Source: Eledone cirrhosa
Taxonomy: Eukaryota
DNA: 64,000 bases
Assembly (NCBI GenBank): GCA_964016885.1
Contig: OZ024744.1
Location: forward strand, 135,222,001 to 135,286,000
Direction of reading: 5' to 3'
The notes beneath the pieces were generated by a model. It made no database searches, was not told the DNA's origin, and saw only the letters and a program-made list of their open reading frames with translations. The position numbers and the translations under genes were made by a program. The number at the start of each line of letters is the position of its first letter. The stretch's first letter is position 1. This document shows, in pieces, positions 11,940 through 24,800 of the stretch.

Positions 11940-14900
11940 TTGGGGTTATGTTAAGTTGGGGTTAAGTTATGTTGGGGTTAAGATGAGTTGGGGTTCAGTT
12001 AAGTTGCGGTTAAGTTAAGTTGGGGTTAAGTTAAGTTGGGGTTAAGTTAAGTTGGGGTTAAGTTAAGTTGGCGTTAATTTAAGTTGGGGTTAAGTTAAGT
12101 TGGGGTTAAGTTAAGTTGGGGTTAAATTAAGTTGGGGTTAAGTTAAGTTGGGGTTAATTTAAGTTGGGGTTAAGATAAGTTGGGGTTAAGTTAAGTTGGG
12201 GTTGAGTTAAGTTGGGGTTGAGTTAATTTGGGGTTAAGTTAAGTTGGGGTTAAGTTAAGTTGGGGTTAAGTTAGGTTGTGGTTAAGTTAAGTTGGGGGTA
12301 AGTTAAGTTGGGGTTAAGTTAAGTTGGGGTTAAATTAAGTTGGGGTTAAGTTAAGTTGGGGTTAAATTAATTTGGGGTTAAGTTAAGTTGGGGTTAAGTT
12401 AAATTGGGGTTAAGTTGAGTTGGGGTTAAGTTAAGTTGGGGTTAAGTTAAGTTGGGGTTAATTTAAGTTGGGGTTAAGTTAAGTTGGGGTTAATTTAAGT
12501 TGGGGTTAAGTTAAGTTGGGGTTAAGTTAAGTTGGGGTTAAATTAAGTTGGGGTTAAGTTCAGTTGGGGTTAATTTAAGTTGGGGTTCAATTAAGTTGCG
12601 GTTATATTAAGTTGGGGTTAAGTTAAGTTGGGGTTAAGTTAAGTTGGGGTTAAGTTAAGTTGGGGTTAATTTAAGTTGGGGTTAAGTTAAGTTGGGGTTA
12701 AGTTCAGTTGGGGTTGAGTTAAGTTGGGGTTGAGTTAAGTTGGGGTTAAGTTAAGTTGGGGGTAAGTTAAGTTGGGGGTGAGTTAAGTTGGGGTTAATTT
12801 AAGTTGGGGTTCAATTAAGTTGCGGTTATATTAAGTTGGGGTTAAGTTCAGTTGGGGTTGAGTTAAGTTGGGGTTGAGTTAAGTTGGGGTTAAGTTAAGT
12901 TGGGGTTGAGTTAAGTTGGGGTTAAGTTAAGTTGGTGTTAAGATAAGTTGGGGTTAAGTTAAGTTGGGGTTGAGTTAAGTTGGGGTTGAGTTAAGTTGGG
13001 GTTAAGTTAAGTTGGGGTTAAGTTAAGTTGGGGTTAAGTTAAGTTGGGGGTAAGTTAAGTTGGGGTTAAGTTAAGTCGGGGTTAAGTTGGGGTTAAGTTA
13101 AGTTAGGGTTAAGTTAAGTTTGGGTTGAGTTAAGTTGGGGTTAAGTTAAGTGGTGGTTATGTTAAGTTGGGGTTAAGTTAAGTTGGGGTTAAGTTAAATT
13201 GGGGTTAAGTTAAGTTGCGGTTAAGTTAAGTTGGGGTTAAGTTAAGTTGGGGTTAAGTTAAGTTGGGGTTAAGTTAAGTTGGGGTTAAGTTAAGTCGGGG
13301 TTAAGATAAGTTGGGGTTAAGTTGGGGTTAAGTTAAGTTGGGATTAAGTTAATTTGGGGTTAAGTTAAGTTGGGGTTAAGTTAAGTTGGGGTTAAGTTAA
13401 GTTGAGGTTAAGTTAAGTTGGGGTTAAATTAAGTTGGGGTTAAGTTAAGCTGGGGTTAAGTTAAGTTGGGGTTAATTAAATTGGGTTTCAGTTAAGTTGG
13501 GGTTAATTTAAGTTGGGGTTAAGTTAAGTTGGGGTTAAGTTAAGTTGGTTAGTTAAGTTGAGTTTAAGTTAAGTTGGGGTTAAGTTAAGTTGCGGTTAAG
13601 TTAAGTTGGGGTTAAGTTAAGTTGGGGTTAAGTTAAGTTGGGGTTAAGTTAAGTTGGGGTTAAGTTAAGTTGGTGTTAAGTTAAGTTGGGGCTAAGTTAA
13701 GTTGGGGCTGAGTTAAGTTGGGGCTGAGTTAAGTTGGGGTTAAGTTAAGTTGGGGTTGAGTTAAGTTGGCGTTAAGTTAAGTTGGGGTTAAGTTGGGGTT
13801 AAGTTAAGTTGGGGTTAAGTTAAGTTTGGGTTAAGTTGGGGTTAAATTAAGTTGGGGTTAAGTTAAGTTGGGGTTAAGTTAAGTTGGGGTTAAGTTAAGT
13901 CGGGGTTAATTTAAGTTGGGGTTAAGTTAAGTTGCGGGTAATTTAAGTTGGAGTTAAGTTAAGTTGGGGTTAAGTTAAGTTGGGGTTAAGTTAAGTTGGG
14001 GTTAAGTTAATTTAGGGGTAAGTTAAGTTGGGGGTAAGTTAAGTTGGGGGTAAGTTAAGTTGGGGTTAAGTTAAGTTGGGGTTAAGTTAAGTTAGGGTTA
14101 AGGTAAGTTGGGGTTGAGTTAAGTTGGGGTTAAGTTAAGTTGGGGTTATGTTAAGTTGGGGTTAAGTTAAGTTGCGGTTAAGTTAAGTTGGGGTTAAGTG
14201 AAGTTGGGGTTAAGTTAACTTGGGGTTAAGTTAAGTTGGGGTTAAGTTAAGTTGGGGTTAAGTTAAGTTGGGGTTCAGTTAGATTGTGGTTAAGTTAATT
14301 TTCGGTTAAGTTGGGGTTAAGTTAAGTTGGGGTTAAGTTAAGTTGGGGTTGAGTTAATTTGGGGTTAACTTAAGTTGGGGGTACTTAAGTTGGGTTTAAG
14401 TTAAGTGGGGTTAAGTTAAGTTGGGGTTAAGTTAAGTTGGGGTTAAGTTAAGTTGGGGTTAAGTTAGGTTGTGGTTAAGTTAAGTTGGGGGTAAGTTAAG
14501 TTGGGGTTAATTTAAGTTGGGTCTAATTAAGTTGGGGTTAAGTTAAGTTGGGGTTAAGTTAAGTTGGGGTTGAGTTAATTTGGGGTTAAATTAAGTTGGG
14601 GGTACTTAAGTTGGGTTTAAGTTAAGTGGGGTTAAGTTGAGTTGGGGTTAAGTTAAATTGGGGGTAAGTTAAGTTGGGGGAAAGTTCAGTTGGAGTTAAT
14701 TTAAGTTGGGTCAAATTAAGTTTTGGTTAAGTTAAGTTGGGGTTAAGTTAAGTTGGGGTTAAATTAAGTTGGAGTTAAGTTAAGTTGGGGTTAAATTAAG
14801 TTGGGGTTAAGTTAAGTTGGGGTTAAGTTAAGTTGGGGTTAAGTTAAGTTGGGGGTCAGTTAAGTTGGTGGTAAGTTAAGTTGGGGGTAAGTTAAGATGG

Positions 14901-17900
14901 GGTTGAGTTAAGTTGGGGTTAAGTTAATTTGGGGTTAAGTTAGGGTTAAGTTAAGTTGGGGTTGAGTTAAGTTGGGGTTAAGTTAAGTTGGGGTTATGTT
15001 AAGTTGGGGTTAAGTTAAGTTGGGGTTAAGATGAGTTGGGGTTCAGTTAAGTTGCGGTTAAGTTAAGTTGGGGTTAAGTTAAGTTGGGGTTAAGTTAAGT
15101 TGGCGTTAATTTAAGTTGGGGTTAAGTTAAGTTGGGGTTAAGTTAAGTTGGGGTTAAATTAAGTTGGGGTTAAGTTAAGTTGGGGTTAATTTAAGTTGGG
15201 GATAAGATAAGTTGGGGTTAAGTTAAGTTGGGGTTGAGTTAAGTTGGGGTTGAGTTAATTTGGGGTTAACTTAAGTTGGGGTTAAGTTAAGTTGGGGTTA
15301 AGTTAAATTGGGGTTAAGTTAAGTTGGGGTTAAGTTAAGTTGGGGCTAAGTTAAGTTGGTGGTAAGTTAAGTTGGGGGTAAGTTAAGATGGGGTTAAGTT
15401 AAGTTGGGGTTAAGTTAATTTGGGGTTAAGTTAGGGTTAAGTTAAGTTGGGGTTGAGTTAAGTTGGGGTTAAGTTAAGTTGGGGTTATGTTAAGTTGGGT
15501 TTAAGTTGAGTTGGGGTTAAGTTAAGTTGGGGTTAAGTTACGTTGGGGTTAATTTAAGTTGGGGTTAAGTTAAGTTGGGGTTAATTTAAGTTGGGGTTAA
15601 GTTAAGTTGGGGTTAAGTTAAGTTGGGGTTAAATTAAGTTGGGGTTAAGTTAAGTTGGGGTTAATTTAAGTTGGGGTTCAGTTAAGTTGCGGTTATATTA
15701 AGTTGGGGTTAAGTTAAGTTGGGGTTAAGTTAAGTTGGGGTTAAGTTAATTTGGGGTTAATTTAAGTTGGGGTTAAGTTAAGTTGGGGTTAAGTTAATTT
15801 GTGGTTAAGTTAAGTTGGGGTTAAGTTCAGTTGGGGTTAAGTTCAGTCGGGGTTAAGTTAAGTTGGGGTTGAGTTAAGTTGGGGTTAAGTTAAGTTGGGG
15901 TTGAGTTAAGTTGGGGTTAAGTTAAGTTGGTGTTAAGATAAGTTGGGGTTAAGTTGAGTTGGGGTTGAGTTATGTTGGGGTTGATTTAATTTGGGGTTAA
16001 GTTAAGTTGGGGTTAATTTAAGTTGGGTTTAAGTTAAGTTGGGTTTAAGTTAAGTTGGGGTTAAATTAAGTTGGGGTTAAGTTAAGTTGGGGGTAAGTTA
16101 AGTTGGGGTTAGTTAAGTTGCGGTTAAGTTAAGTTGGGGTTAAGTTAAGTTGGGGTTAAGTTAAGTTGGGGTTAAGTTAAGTTGGGGTTAATTTAAGTTG
16201 GGGTTAAGTTAAGTTGGGGTTAATTTAAGTTGGGGTTAATTTAAGTTGGGGTTAAGTTAAGTTGGGGTTAAGTTAAGTTGGGGTTAAGTTAAGTTGGGGG
16301 TAACTTAAGTTGGGGGTGAGTTAAGTTGGGGTTAATTTAAGTTGGGGTTAAGTTGGGGTTAAGTTAAGTTAGGGTTGAGTTAAGTTGGGGTTGAGTTAAT
16401 TTGGGGTTAACTTAAGTTGGGGTTAAGTTAAGTTGGGGTTAAGTTAAATTGGGGTTAAGTTAAGTTGGGGTTAAGTTAAGTTGGGGCTAAGTTAAGTTGG
16501 TGGTAAGTTAAGTTGGGGGTAAGTTAAGATGGGGTTAAGTTAAGTTGGGGTTAAGATAAGTTGGGGTTAAGTTAAATTGGGGTTAAGTTAAGTTGCGGTT
16601 ATGTTAAGTTGGGGTTAAGTTAAGTTGGGGTTAAGTTAAGTTGGGGTTAAGTTAAGTTGGGGTTAAGTTAAGTCGGGGTTAAGATAAGTTGGGGTTAAGT
16701 TAAGTTGGGATTAAGTTAATTTGGGGTTAAGTTAAGTTGGGGTTAAGTTAAGTTGGGGTTAAGTTAAGTTGGGGTTAAGTTAAGTTGGGGTTAAGTTAAG
16801 TTGGGGTTAAATTAAGTTGGGGTTAAGTTAAGTTGGAGTTAATTTAAGTTGGGGATAAGATAAGTTGGGGTTAAGTTAAGTTGGGGTTGAGTTAAGTTGG
16901 GGTTGAGTTAATTTGGGGTTAACTTAAGTTGGGGTTAAGTTAAGTTGGGGTTAAGTTAAATTGGGGTTAAGTTAAGTTGGGGTTAAGTTAAGTTGGGGCT
17001 AAGTTAAGTTGGTGGTAAGTTAAGTTGGTGGTAAGTTAAGATGGGGTTAAGTTAAGTTGGGGTTAAGTTAATTTTGGGTTAAGTTAGGGTTAAGTTAAGT
17101 TGGGGTTGAGTTAAGTTGGGGTTAAGTTAAGTTGGGGTTATGTTAAGTTGGGGTTAAGTTGAGTTGGGGTTAAGTTAAGTTGGGGTTAAGTTAAGTTGGG
17201 GTTAATTTAAGTTGGGGTTAAGTTAAGTTGGGGTTAATTTAAGTTGGGGTTAAGTTAAGTTGGGGTTAAGTTAAGTTGGGGTTAAATTAAGTTGGGGTTA
17301 AGTTAAGTTGGGGTTAATTTAAGTTGGGGTTCAGTTAAGTTGCGGTTATATTAAGTTGGGGTTAAGTTAAGTTGGGGTTAAGTTAAGTTGGGGTTAAGTT
17401 AATTTGGGGTTAATTTAAGTTGGGGTTAAGTTAAGTTGGGGTTAAGTTAATTTGTGGTTAAGTTAAGTTGGGGTTAAGTTCAGTTGGGGTTAAGTTCAGT
17501 CGGGGTTAAGTTAAGTTGGGGTTGAGTTAAGTTGGGATTAAGTTAAGTTGGGGTTGAGTTAAGTTGGGGTTAAGTTAAGTTGGTGTTAAGATAAGTTGGG
17601 GTTAAGTTAAGTTGGGGTTGAGTTATGTTGGGGTTGATTTAATTTGGGGTTAAGTTAAGTTGGGGTTAACTTAAGTTGGGTTTAAGTTAAGTTGGGTTTA
17701 AGTTAAGTTGGGGTTAAATTAAGTTGGGGTTAAGTTAAGTTGGGGGTAAGTTAAGTTGGGGTTAGTTAAGTTGCGGTTAAGTTAAGTTGGGGTTAAGTTA
17801 AGTTGGGGTTAAGTTAAGTTGGGGTTAAGTTAAGTTGGGGTTAATTTAAGTTGGGGTTAAGTTAAGTTGGGGTTAATTTAAGTTGGGGTTAATTTAAGTT

Positions 17901-20900
17901 GGGGTTAAGTTAAGTTGGGGTTAAGTTAAGTTGGGGTTAAGTTAAGTTGGGGGTAACTTAAGTTGGGGGTGAGTTAAGTTGGGGTTAATTTAAGTTGGGG
18001 TTAAGTTGGGGTTAAGTTAAGTTAGGGTTAAGTTAAGTTGGGGTTGAGTTAAGTTGGGGTTAAGTTAAGTGGTGGTTATGTTAAGTTGGGGTTAAGTTAA
18101 GTTGGGGGTAAGTTAAATTGGGGTTAAGTTAAGTTGCGGTTATGTTAAGTTGGGGTTAATTTAAGTTGGGGTTAAGTTAAGTTGGGGTTAAGTTAAGTTG
18201 GGGTTAAGTTAAGTCGGGGTTAAGATAAGTTGGGGTTAAGTTAAGTTGGGATTAAGTTAATTTGGGGTTAAGTTAAGTTGGGGTTAAGTTAAGTTGGGGT
18301 TAAGTTAAGTTGAGGTTAAGTTAAGTTGGGGTTAAATTAAGTTGGGGTTAAGTTAAGCTGGGGTTAAGTTAAGTTAGGGTTAATTAAATTGGGTTTCAGT
18401 TAAGTTGGGGTTAATTTAAGTTGGGGTTAAGTTAAGTTGGGGTTAAGTTAAGTTGGTTAGTTAAGTTGAGTTTAAGTTAAGTTGGGGTTAAGTTAAGTTG
18501 CGCTTAAGTTAAGTTTGGGTTAAGTTAAGTTGGGGTTAAGTTAAGTTGGGGTTAAGTTAAGTTGGGGTTAAGTTAAGTTGGTGTTAAGTTAAGTTGGGGC
18601 TAATTTAAGTTGGGGCTGAGTTAAGTTGGGGCTGAGTTAAGTTGGGGTTAAGTTAAGTTGGGGTTGAGTTAAGTTGGGGTTACGTTAAGTTGGGGTTAAG
18701 TTAAGTTGGGGTTAAGTTAAGTTGGGGTTTAGTTAAGTTGGGGTTCAGTTAAGTTGGGGTTAAGTTAAGTTTGGGTTAAGTTGGGGTTAAATTAAGTTGG
18801 GGTTAAGTTAAGTTGGGGTTTAGTTAAGTTGGGGTTAAGTTAAGTCGGGGTTAATTTAAGTTGGTGTTAAGTTAAGTTGCGGGTAATTTAAGTTGGAGTT
18901 AAGTTAAGTTGGGGTTAAGTTAAGTTGGGGTTAAGTTAAGTTGGGGTTAAGTTAAGTTGGGGTTAAGTTAAGTTAGGGGTAAGTTAAGTTGGGGGTAAGT
19001 TAAGTTGGGGGTAAGTTAAGTTGGGGTTAAGTTAAGTTGGGGTTAAGTTAAGTTAGGGTTAAGGTAAGTTGGGGTTGAGTTAAGTTGGGGTTAAGTTAAG
19101 TTGGGGTTATGTTAAGTTGGGGTTAAGTTAAGTTGCGGTTAAGTTAAGTTGGGGTTAAGTGAAGTTGGGGTTAAGTTAACTTGGGGTTAAGTTAAGTTGG
19201 GGTTAAGTTAAGTTGGGGTTAAGTTAAGTTGGGGTTAACTTAGATTGTGGTTAAGTTAAGTTGGGGTTAAGTTAAGTTGGGGTTAAGTTAAGTTGGGGTT
19301 AAGTTAAGTTGGCGTTAATTTAAGTTGGGGTTAAGTTAAGATGGGGTTAAGTTAAGTTGGGGTTAAGTTAATTTGGCGTTAAGTTAAGTTGGGGTTGAGT
19401 TAATTTGGGGTTAACTTAAGTTGGGGGTACTTAAGATGGGTTTAAGTTAAGTGGGGTTAAGTTAAGTTGGGGTTAAGTTAAGTTGGGGTTAAGTTAAGTT
19501 GGGGTTAAGTTAGGTTGTGGTTAAGTTAAGTTGGGGGTAAGTTAAGATGGGGTTAAGTTAAGTTGGGGTTAAGTTAATTTGGGGTTAAGTTAGGGTTAAG
19601 TTAAGTTGGGGTTGAGTTAAGTTGGGGTTAAGTTAAGTTGGGGTTATGTTAAGTTGGGGTTAAGTTAAGTTGGGGTTAAGATGAGTTGGGGTTCAGTTAA
19701 GTTGCGGTTAAGTTAAGTGGGGGTTAAGTTAAGTTGGGGTTAAGTTAAGTTGGGGTTAAGTTAAGTTGGCGTTAATTTAAGTTGGGGTTAAGTTAAGTTG
19801 CGGTTAAATTAAGTTGGGGTTAAGTTAAGTTGGGGTTGAGTTAAGTTGGGGTTAAGTTAAGTTGGGGTTATATTAAGTTGGAGTTAAGTTAAGTTGGGGT
19901 TAAGTTAAGTTGGGGTTCAGTTATGTTGGGGTTAAGATGAGTTGGGGTTCAGTTAAGTTGCGGTTAAGTTAAGTTGGGGTTAAGTTAAGTTGGGGTTAAG
20001 TTAAGTTGGGGTTAAGTTAAGTTGGCGTTAATTTAAGTTGGGGTTAAGTTAAGTTGGGGTTAAGTTAAGTTGGGGTGAAATTAAGTTGGGGTTAAGTTAA
20101 GTTGGGGTTAATTTAAGTTGGGGTTAAGATAAGTTGGGGTTAAGTTAAGTTGGGGTTGAGTTAAGTTGGGGTTGAGTTAATTTGGGGTTAAGTTAAGTTG
20201 GGGTTAAGTTAAGTTGGGGTTAAGTTAGGTTGTGGTTAAGTTAAGTTGGGGTAAGTTAAGTTGGGGTTAAGTTAAGTTGGGGTTAAATTAAGTTGGGGTT
20301 AAGTTAAGTTGGGGTTAAATTAATTTGGGGTTAAGTTAAGTTGGGGTTAAGTTAAATTGGGGTTAAGTTGAGTTGGGGTTAAGTTAAGTTGGGGTTAAGT
20401 TAAGTTGGGGTTAATTTAAGTTGGGGTTAAGTTAAGTTGGGGTTAAATTAATTTGGGGTTAAGTTAAGTTGGGGTTAAGTTAAATTGGGGTTAAGTTGAG
20501 TTGGGGTTAAGTTAAGTTGGGGTTAAGTTAAGTTGGGGTTAATTTAAGTTGGGGTTCAATTAAGTTGCGGTTATATTAAGTTGGGGTTAAGTTAAGTTGG
20601 GGTTAAGTTAAGTTGGGGTTAAGTTAATTTGTGGTTAAGTTAAGTTGGGGTTAAGTTCAGTTGGGGTTGAGTTAAGTTGGGGTTGAGTTAAGTTGGGGTT
20701 AAGTTAAGTTGGGGGTAAGTTAAGTTGGGGGTGAGTTAAGTTGGGGTTAATTTAAGTTGGGGTTCAATTAAGTTGCGGTTATATTAAGTTGGGGTTAAGT
20801 TCAGTTGGGGTTGAGTTAAGTTGGGGTTGAGTTAAGTTGGGGTTAAGTTAAGTTGGGGTTGAGTTAAGTTGGGGTTAAGTTAAGTTGGTGTTAAGATAAG

Positions 20901-23900
20901 TTGGGGTTAAGTTAAGTTGGGGTTTAGTTAAGTTGGGGTTGAGTTAAGTTGGGGTTAAGTTAAGTTGGGGTTAAGTTAAGTTGGGGTTAAGTTAAGTTGG
21001 GGGTAAGTTAAGTTGGGGTTAAGTTAAGTCGGGGTTAAGTTAAGTTGGGGTTAAGTTAAATTGGGGTTAAGTTAAGTTTGGGTTGAGTTAAGTTGGGGTT
21101 AAGTTAAGTGGTGGTTATGTTAAGTTGGGGTTAAGTTAAGTTGGGGTTAAGTTAAATTGGGGTTAAGTTAAGTTGCGGTTAAGTTAAGTTGGGGTTAAGT
21201 TAAGTTGGGGTTAAGTTAAGTTGGGGTTAAGTTAAGTTGGGGTTAAGTTAAGTCGGGGTTAAGATAAGTTGGGGTTAAGTTGGGGTTAAGTTAAGTTGGG
21301 ATTAAGTTAATTTGGGGTTAAGTTAAGTTGGGGTTAAGTTAAGTTGGGGTTAAGTTAAGTTGAGGTTAAGTTAAGTTGGGGTTAAATTAAGTTGGGGTTA
21401 AGTTAAGCTGGGGTTAAGTTAAGTTGGGGTTAATTAAATTGGGTTTCAGTTAAGTTGGGGTTAATTTAAGTTGGGGTTAAGTTAAGTTGGGGTTAAGTTA
21501 AGTTGGTTAGTTAAGTTGAGTTTAAGTTAAGTTGGGGTTAAGTTAAGTTGCGGTTAAGTTAAGTTGGGGTTAAGTTAAGTTGGGGTTAAGTTAAGTTGGG
21601 GTTAAGTTAAGTTGGGGTTAAGTTAAGTTGGGGTTAAGTTAAGTTGGTGTTAAGTTAAGTTGGGGCTAAGTTAAGTTGGGGCTGAGTTAAGTTGGGGCTG
21701 AGTTAAGTTGGGGTTAAGTTAAGTTGGGGTTGAGTTAAGTTGGCGTTAAGTTAAGTTGGGGTTAAGTTAAGTTGGGGTTAAGTTAAGTTGGGGTTAAGTT
21801 AAGTTGGGGTTTATTTAAGTTGGGGTTCAGTTAAATTGGGGTTAAGTTAAGTTTGGGTTAAGTTGGGGTTAAATTAAGTTGGGGTTAAGTTAAGTTGGGG
21901 TTTAGTTAAGTTGGGGTTAAGTTAAGTCGGGGTTAATTTAAGTTGGGGTTAAGTTAAGTTGCGGGTAATTTAAGTTGGGGTTAAGTTAAGTTGGGGTTAA
22001 GTTAAGTTGGGGTTAAGTTAAGTTGGGGTTAAGTTAAGTTAGGGGTAAGTTAAGTTGGGGGTAAGTTAAGTTGGGGGTAAGTTAAGTTGGGGTTAAGTTA
22101 AGTTAGGGTTAAGGTAAGTTGGGGTTGAGTTAAGTTGGGGTTAAGTTAAGTTGGGGTTATGTTAAGTTGGGGTTAAGTTAAGTTGCGGTTAAGTTAAGTT
22201 GGGGTTAAGTGAAGTTGGGGTTAAGTTAACTTGGGGTTAAGTTAAGTTGGGGTTAAGTTAAGTTGGGGTTAAGTTAAGTTGGGGTTCAGTTAGATTGTGG
22301 TTCAGTTAAGTTGGGGTTAAGTTAAGTTGGGGTTAAGTTAAGTTGGGGTTAAGTTAAGTTGGGGTTGAGTTAATTTGGGGTTAACTTAAGTTGGGGGTAC
22401 TTAAGTTGGGTTTAAGTTAAGTGGGGTTAAGTTAAGTTGGGGTTAAGTTAAGTTGGGGTTAAGTTAAGTTGGGGTTAAGTTAGGTTGTGGTTAAGTTAAG
22501 TTGGGGGTAAGTTAAGTTGGGGTTAATTTAAGTTGGGTCTAATTAAGTTGGGGTTAACTTAAGTTGGGGTTAAGTTAAGTTGGGGTTGAGTTAATTTGGG
22601 GTTAACTTAAGTTGGGGGTACTTAAGTTGGGTTTAAGTTAAGTGGGGTTAAGTTAAGTTGGGGTTAAGTTAAATTGGGGGTAAGTTAAGTTGGGGGTAAT
22701 TTAAGTTGGAGTTAATTTAAGTTGGGTCAAATTAAGTTGGGGTTAAGTTAAGTTGGGGTTAAGTTAAGTTGGGGTTAAATTAAGTTGGAGTTAAGTTAAG
22801 TTGGGGTTAAGTTAAGTTGGGGGTCAGTTAAGTTGGTGGTAAGTTAAGTTGGGGGTAAGTTAAGATGGGGTTGAGTTAAGTTGGGGTTAAGTTAATTTGG
22901 GGTTAAGTTAGGGTTAAGTTAAGTTGGGGTTGAGTTAAGTTGGGGTTAAGTTAAGTTGGGGTTATGTTAAGTTGGGGTTAAGTTAAGTTGGGGTTAAGAT
23001 GAGTTGGGGTTCAGTTAAGTTGCGGTTAAGTTAAGTTGGGGTTAAGTTAAGTTGGGGTTAAGTTAAGTTGGGGTTAAGTTAAGTTGGCGTTAATTTAAGT
23101 TGGGGTTAAGTTAAGTTGGGGTTAAGTTAAGTTGGGGTTAAATTAAGTTGGGGTTAAGTTAAGTTGGGGTTAATTTAAGTTGGGGATAAGATAAGTTGGG
23201 GTTAAGTTAAGTTGGGGTTGATTTAAGTTGGGGTTGAGTTAATTTGGGGTTAACTTAAGTTGGGGTTAAGTTAAGATGGGGTTAAGTTAAATTGGGGTTA
23301 AGTTAAGTTGGGGTTAAGTTAAGTTGGGGCTAAGTTAAGTTGGTGGTAAGTTAAGTTGGGGGTAAGTTAAGATGGGGTTAAGTTAAGTTGGGGTTAAGTT
23401 AATTTGGGGTTAAGTTAGGGTTAAGTTAAGTTGGGGTTGAGTTAAGTTGGGGTTAAGTTAAGTTGGGGTTATGTTAAGTTGGGGTTAAGTTGAGTTGGGG
23501 TTAAGTTAAGTTGGGGTTAAGTTAAGTTGGGGTTAATTTAAGTTGGGGTTAAGTTAAGTTGGGGTTAAGTTAAGTTGGGGTTAAGTTAAGTTGGGGTTAA
23601 GTTAAGTTGGGGTTAAATTAAGTTGGGGTTAAGTTAAGTTGGGGTTAATGTAAGTTGGGGTTCAGTTAAGTTGCGGTTATATTAAGTTGGGGTTAAGTTA
23701 AGTTGGGGTTAAGTTAAGTTGGGGTTAAGTTAATTTGGGGTTAATTTAAGTTGGGGTTAAGTTAAGTTGGGGTTAAGTTAATTTGTGGTTAAGTTGGGGT
23801 TAAGTTCAGTTGGGGTTAAGTTCAGTCGGGGTTAAGTTAAGTTGGGGTTGAGTTAAGTTGGGGTTAAGTTAAGTTGGGGTTGAGTTAAGTTGGGGTTAAG

Positions 23901-24800
23901 TTAAGTTGGTGTTAAGATAAGTTGGGGTTAAGTTAAGTTGGGGTTGAGTTATGTTGGGGTTGATTTAATTTGGGGTTAAGTTAAGTTGGGGTTAAGTTAA
24001 GTTGGGTTTAACTTAAGTTGGGTTTAAGTTAAGTTGGGGTTAAATTAAGTTGGGGTTAAGTTAAGTTGGGGGTAAGTTAAGTTGGGGTTAGTTAAGTTGC
24101 GGTTAAGTTAAGTTGGGGTTAAGTTAAGTTGGGGTTAAGTTAAGTTGGGGTTAAGTTAAGTTGGGGTTAATTTAAGTTGGGGTTAAGTTAAGTTGGGGTT
24201 AATTTAAGTTGGGGTTAATTTAAGTTGGGGTTAAGTTAAGTTGGGGTTAAGTTAAGTTGGGGTTAAGTTAAGTTGGGGGTAACTTAAGTTGGGGGTGAGT
24301 CAAGTTGGGGTTAATTTAAGTTGGGGTTAAGTTGGGGTTAAGTTAAGTTAGGGTTAAGTTAAGTTGGGGTTGAGTTAAGTTGGGGTTAAGTTAAGTGGTG
24401 GTTATGTTAAGTTGGGGTTAAGTTAAGTTGGGGTTAAGTTAAATTGGGGTTAAGTTAAGTTGCGGTTATGTTAAGTTGGGGTTAAGTTAAGTTGGGCTTA
24501 AGTTAAGTTGGGGTTAAGTTAAGTTGGGGTTAAGTTAAGTCGGGGTTAAGATAAGTTGGGGTTAAGTTAAGTTGGGATTAAGTTAATTTGGGGTTAAGTT
24601 AAGTTGGGGTTAAGTTAAGTTGGGGTTAAGTTAAGTTGAGGTTAAGTTAAGTTGGGGTTAAATTAAGTTGGGGTTAAGTTAAGCTGGGGTTAAGTTAAGT
24701 TAGGGTTAATTAAATTGGGTTTCAGTTAAGTTGGGGTTAATTTAAGTTGGGGTTAAGTTAAGTTGGGGTTAAGTTAAGTTTGGGTTAAGTTAAGTTGGGG
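11940..24800 (+). repeat. Older ~7.95-7.98 kb-offset duplication (segment from ~11940 copied from ~19920)
   Basis: ttcaattaagttgcggttatatt is at 12586 and 12810 versus 20555 and 20763. The C of ttgagttaagttggcg is at 13770/21744, and gataagataag is at 15201/23185. Confidence 0.75.
15130..18400 (+). repeat. Imperfect tandem duplication with 1653-bp offset
   Basis: gataagataag is at 15201/16854, and the variant C of ttcagtcgggg is at 15848/17501. Both offsets are 1653. Confidence 0.8.
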
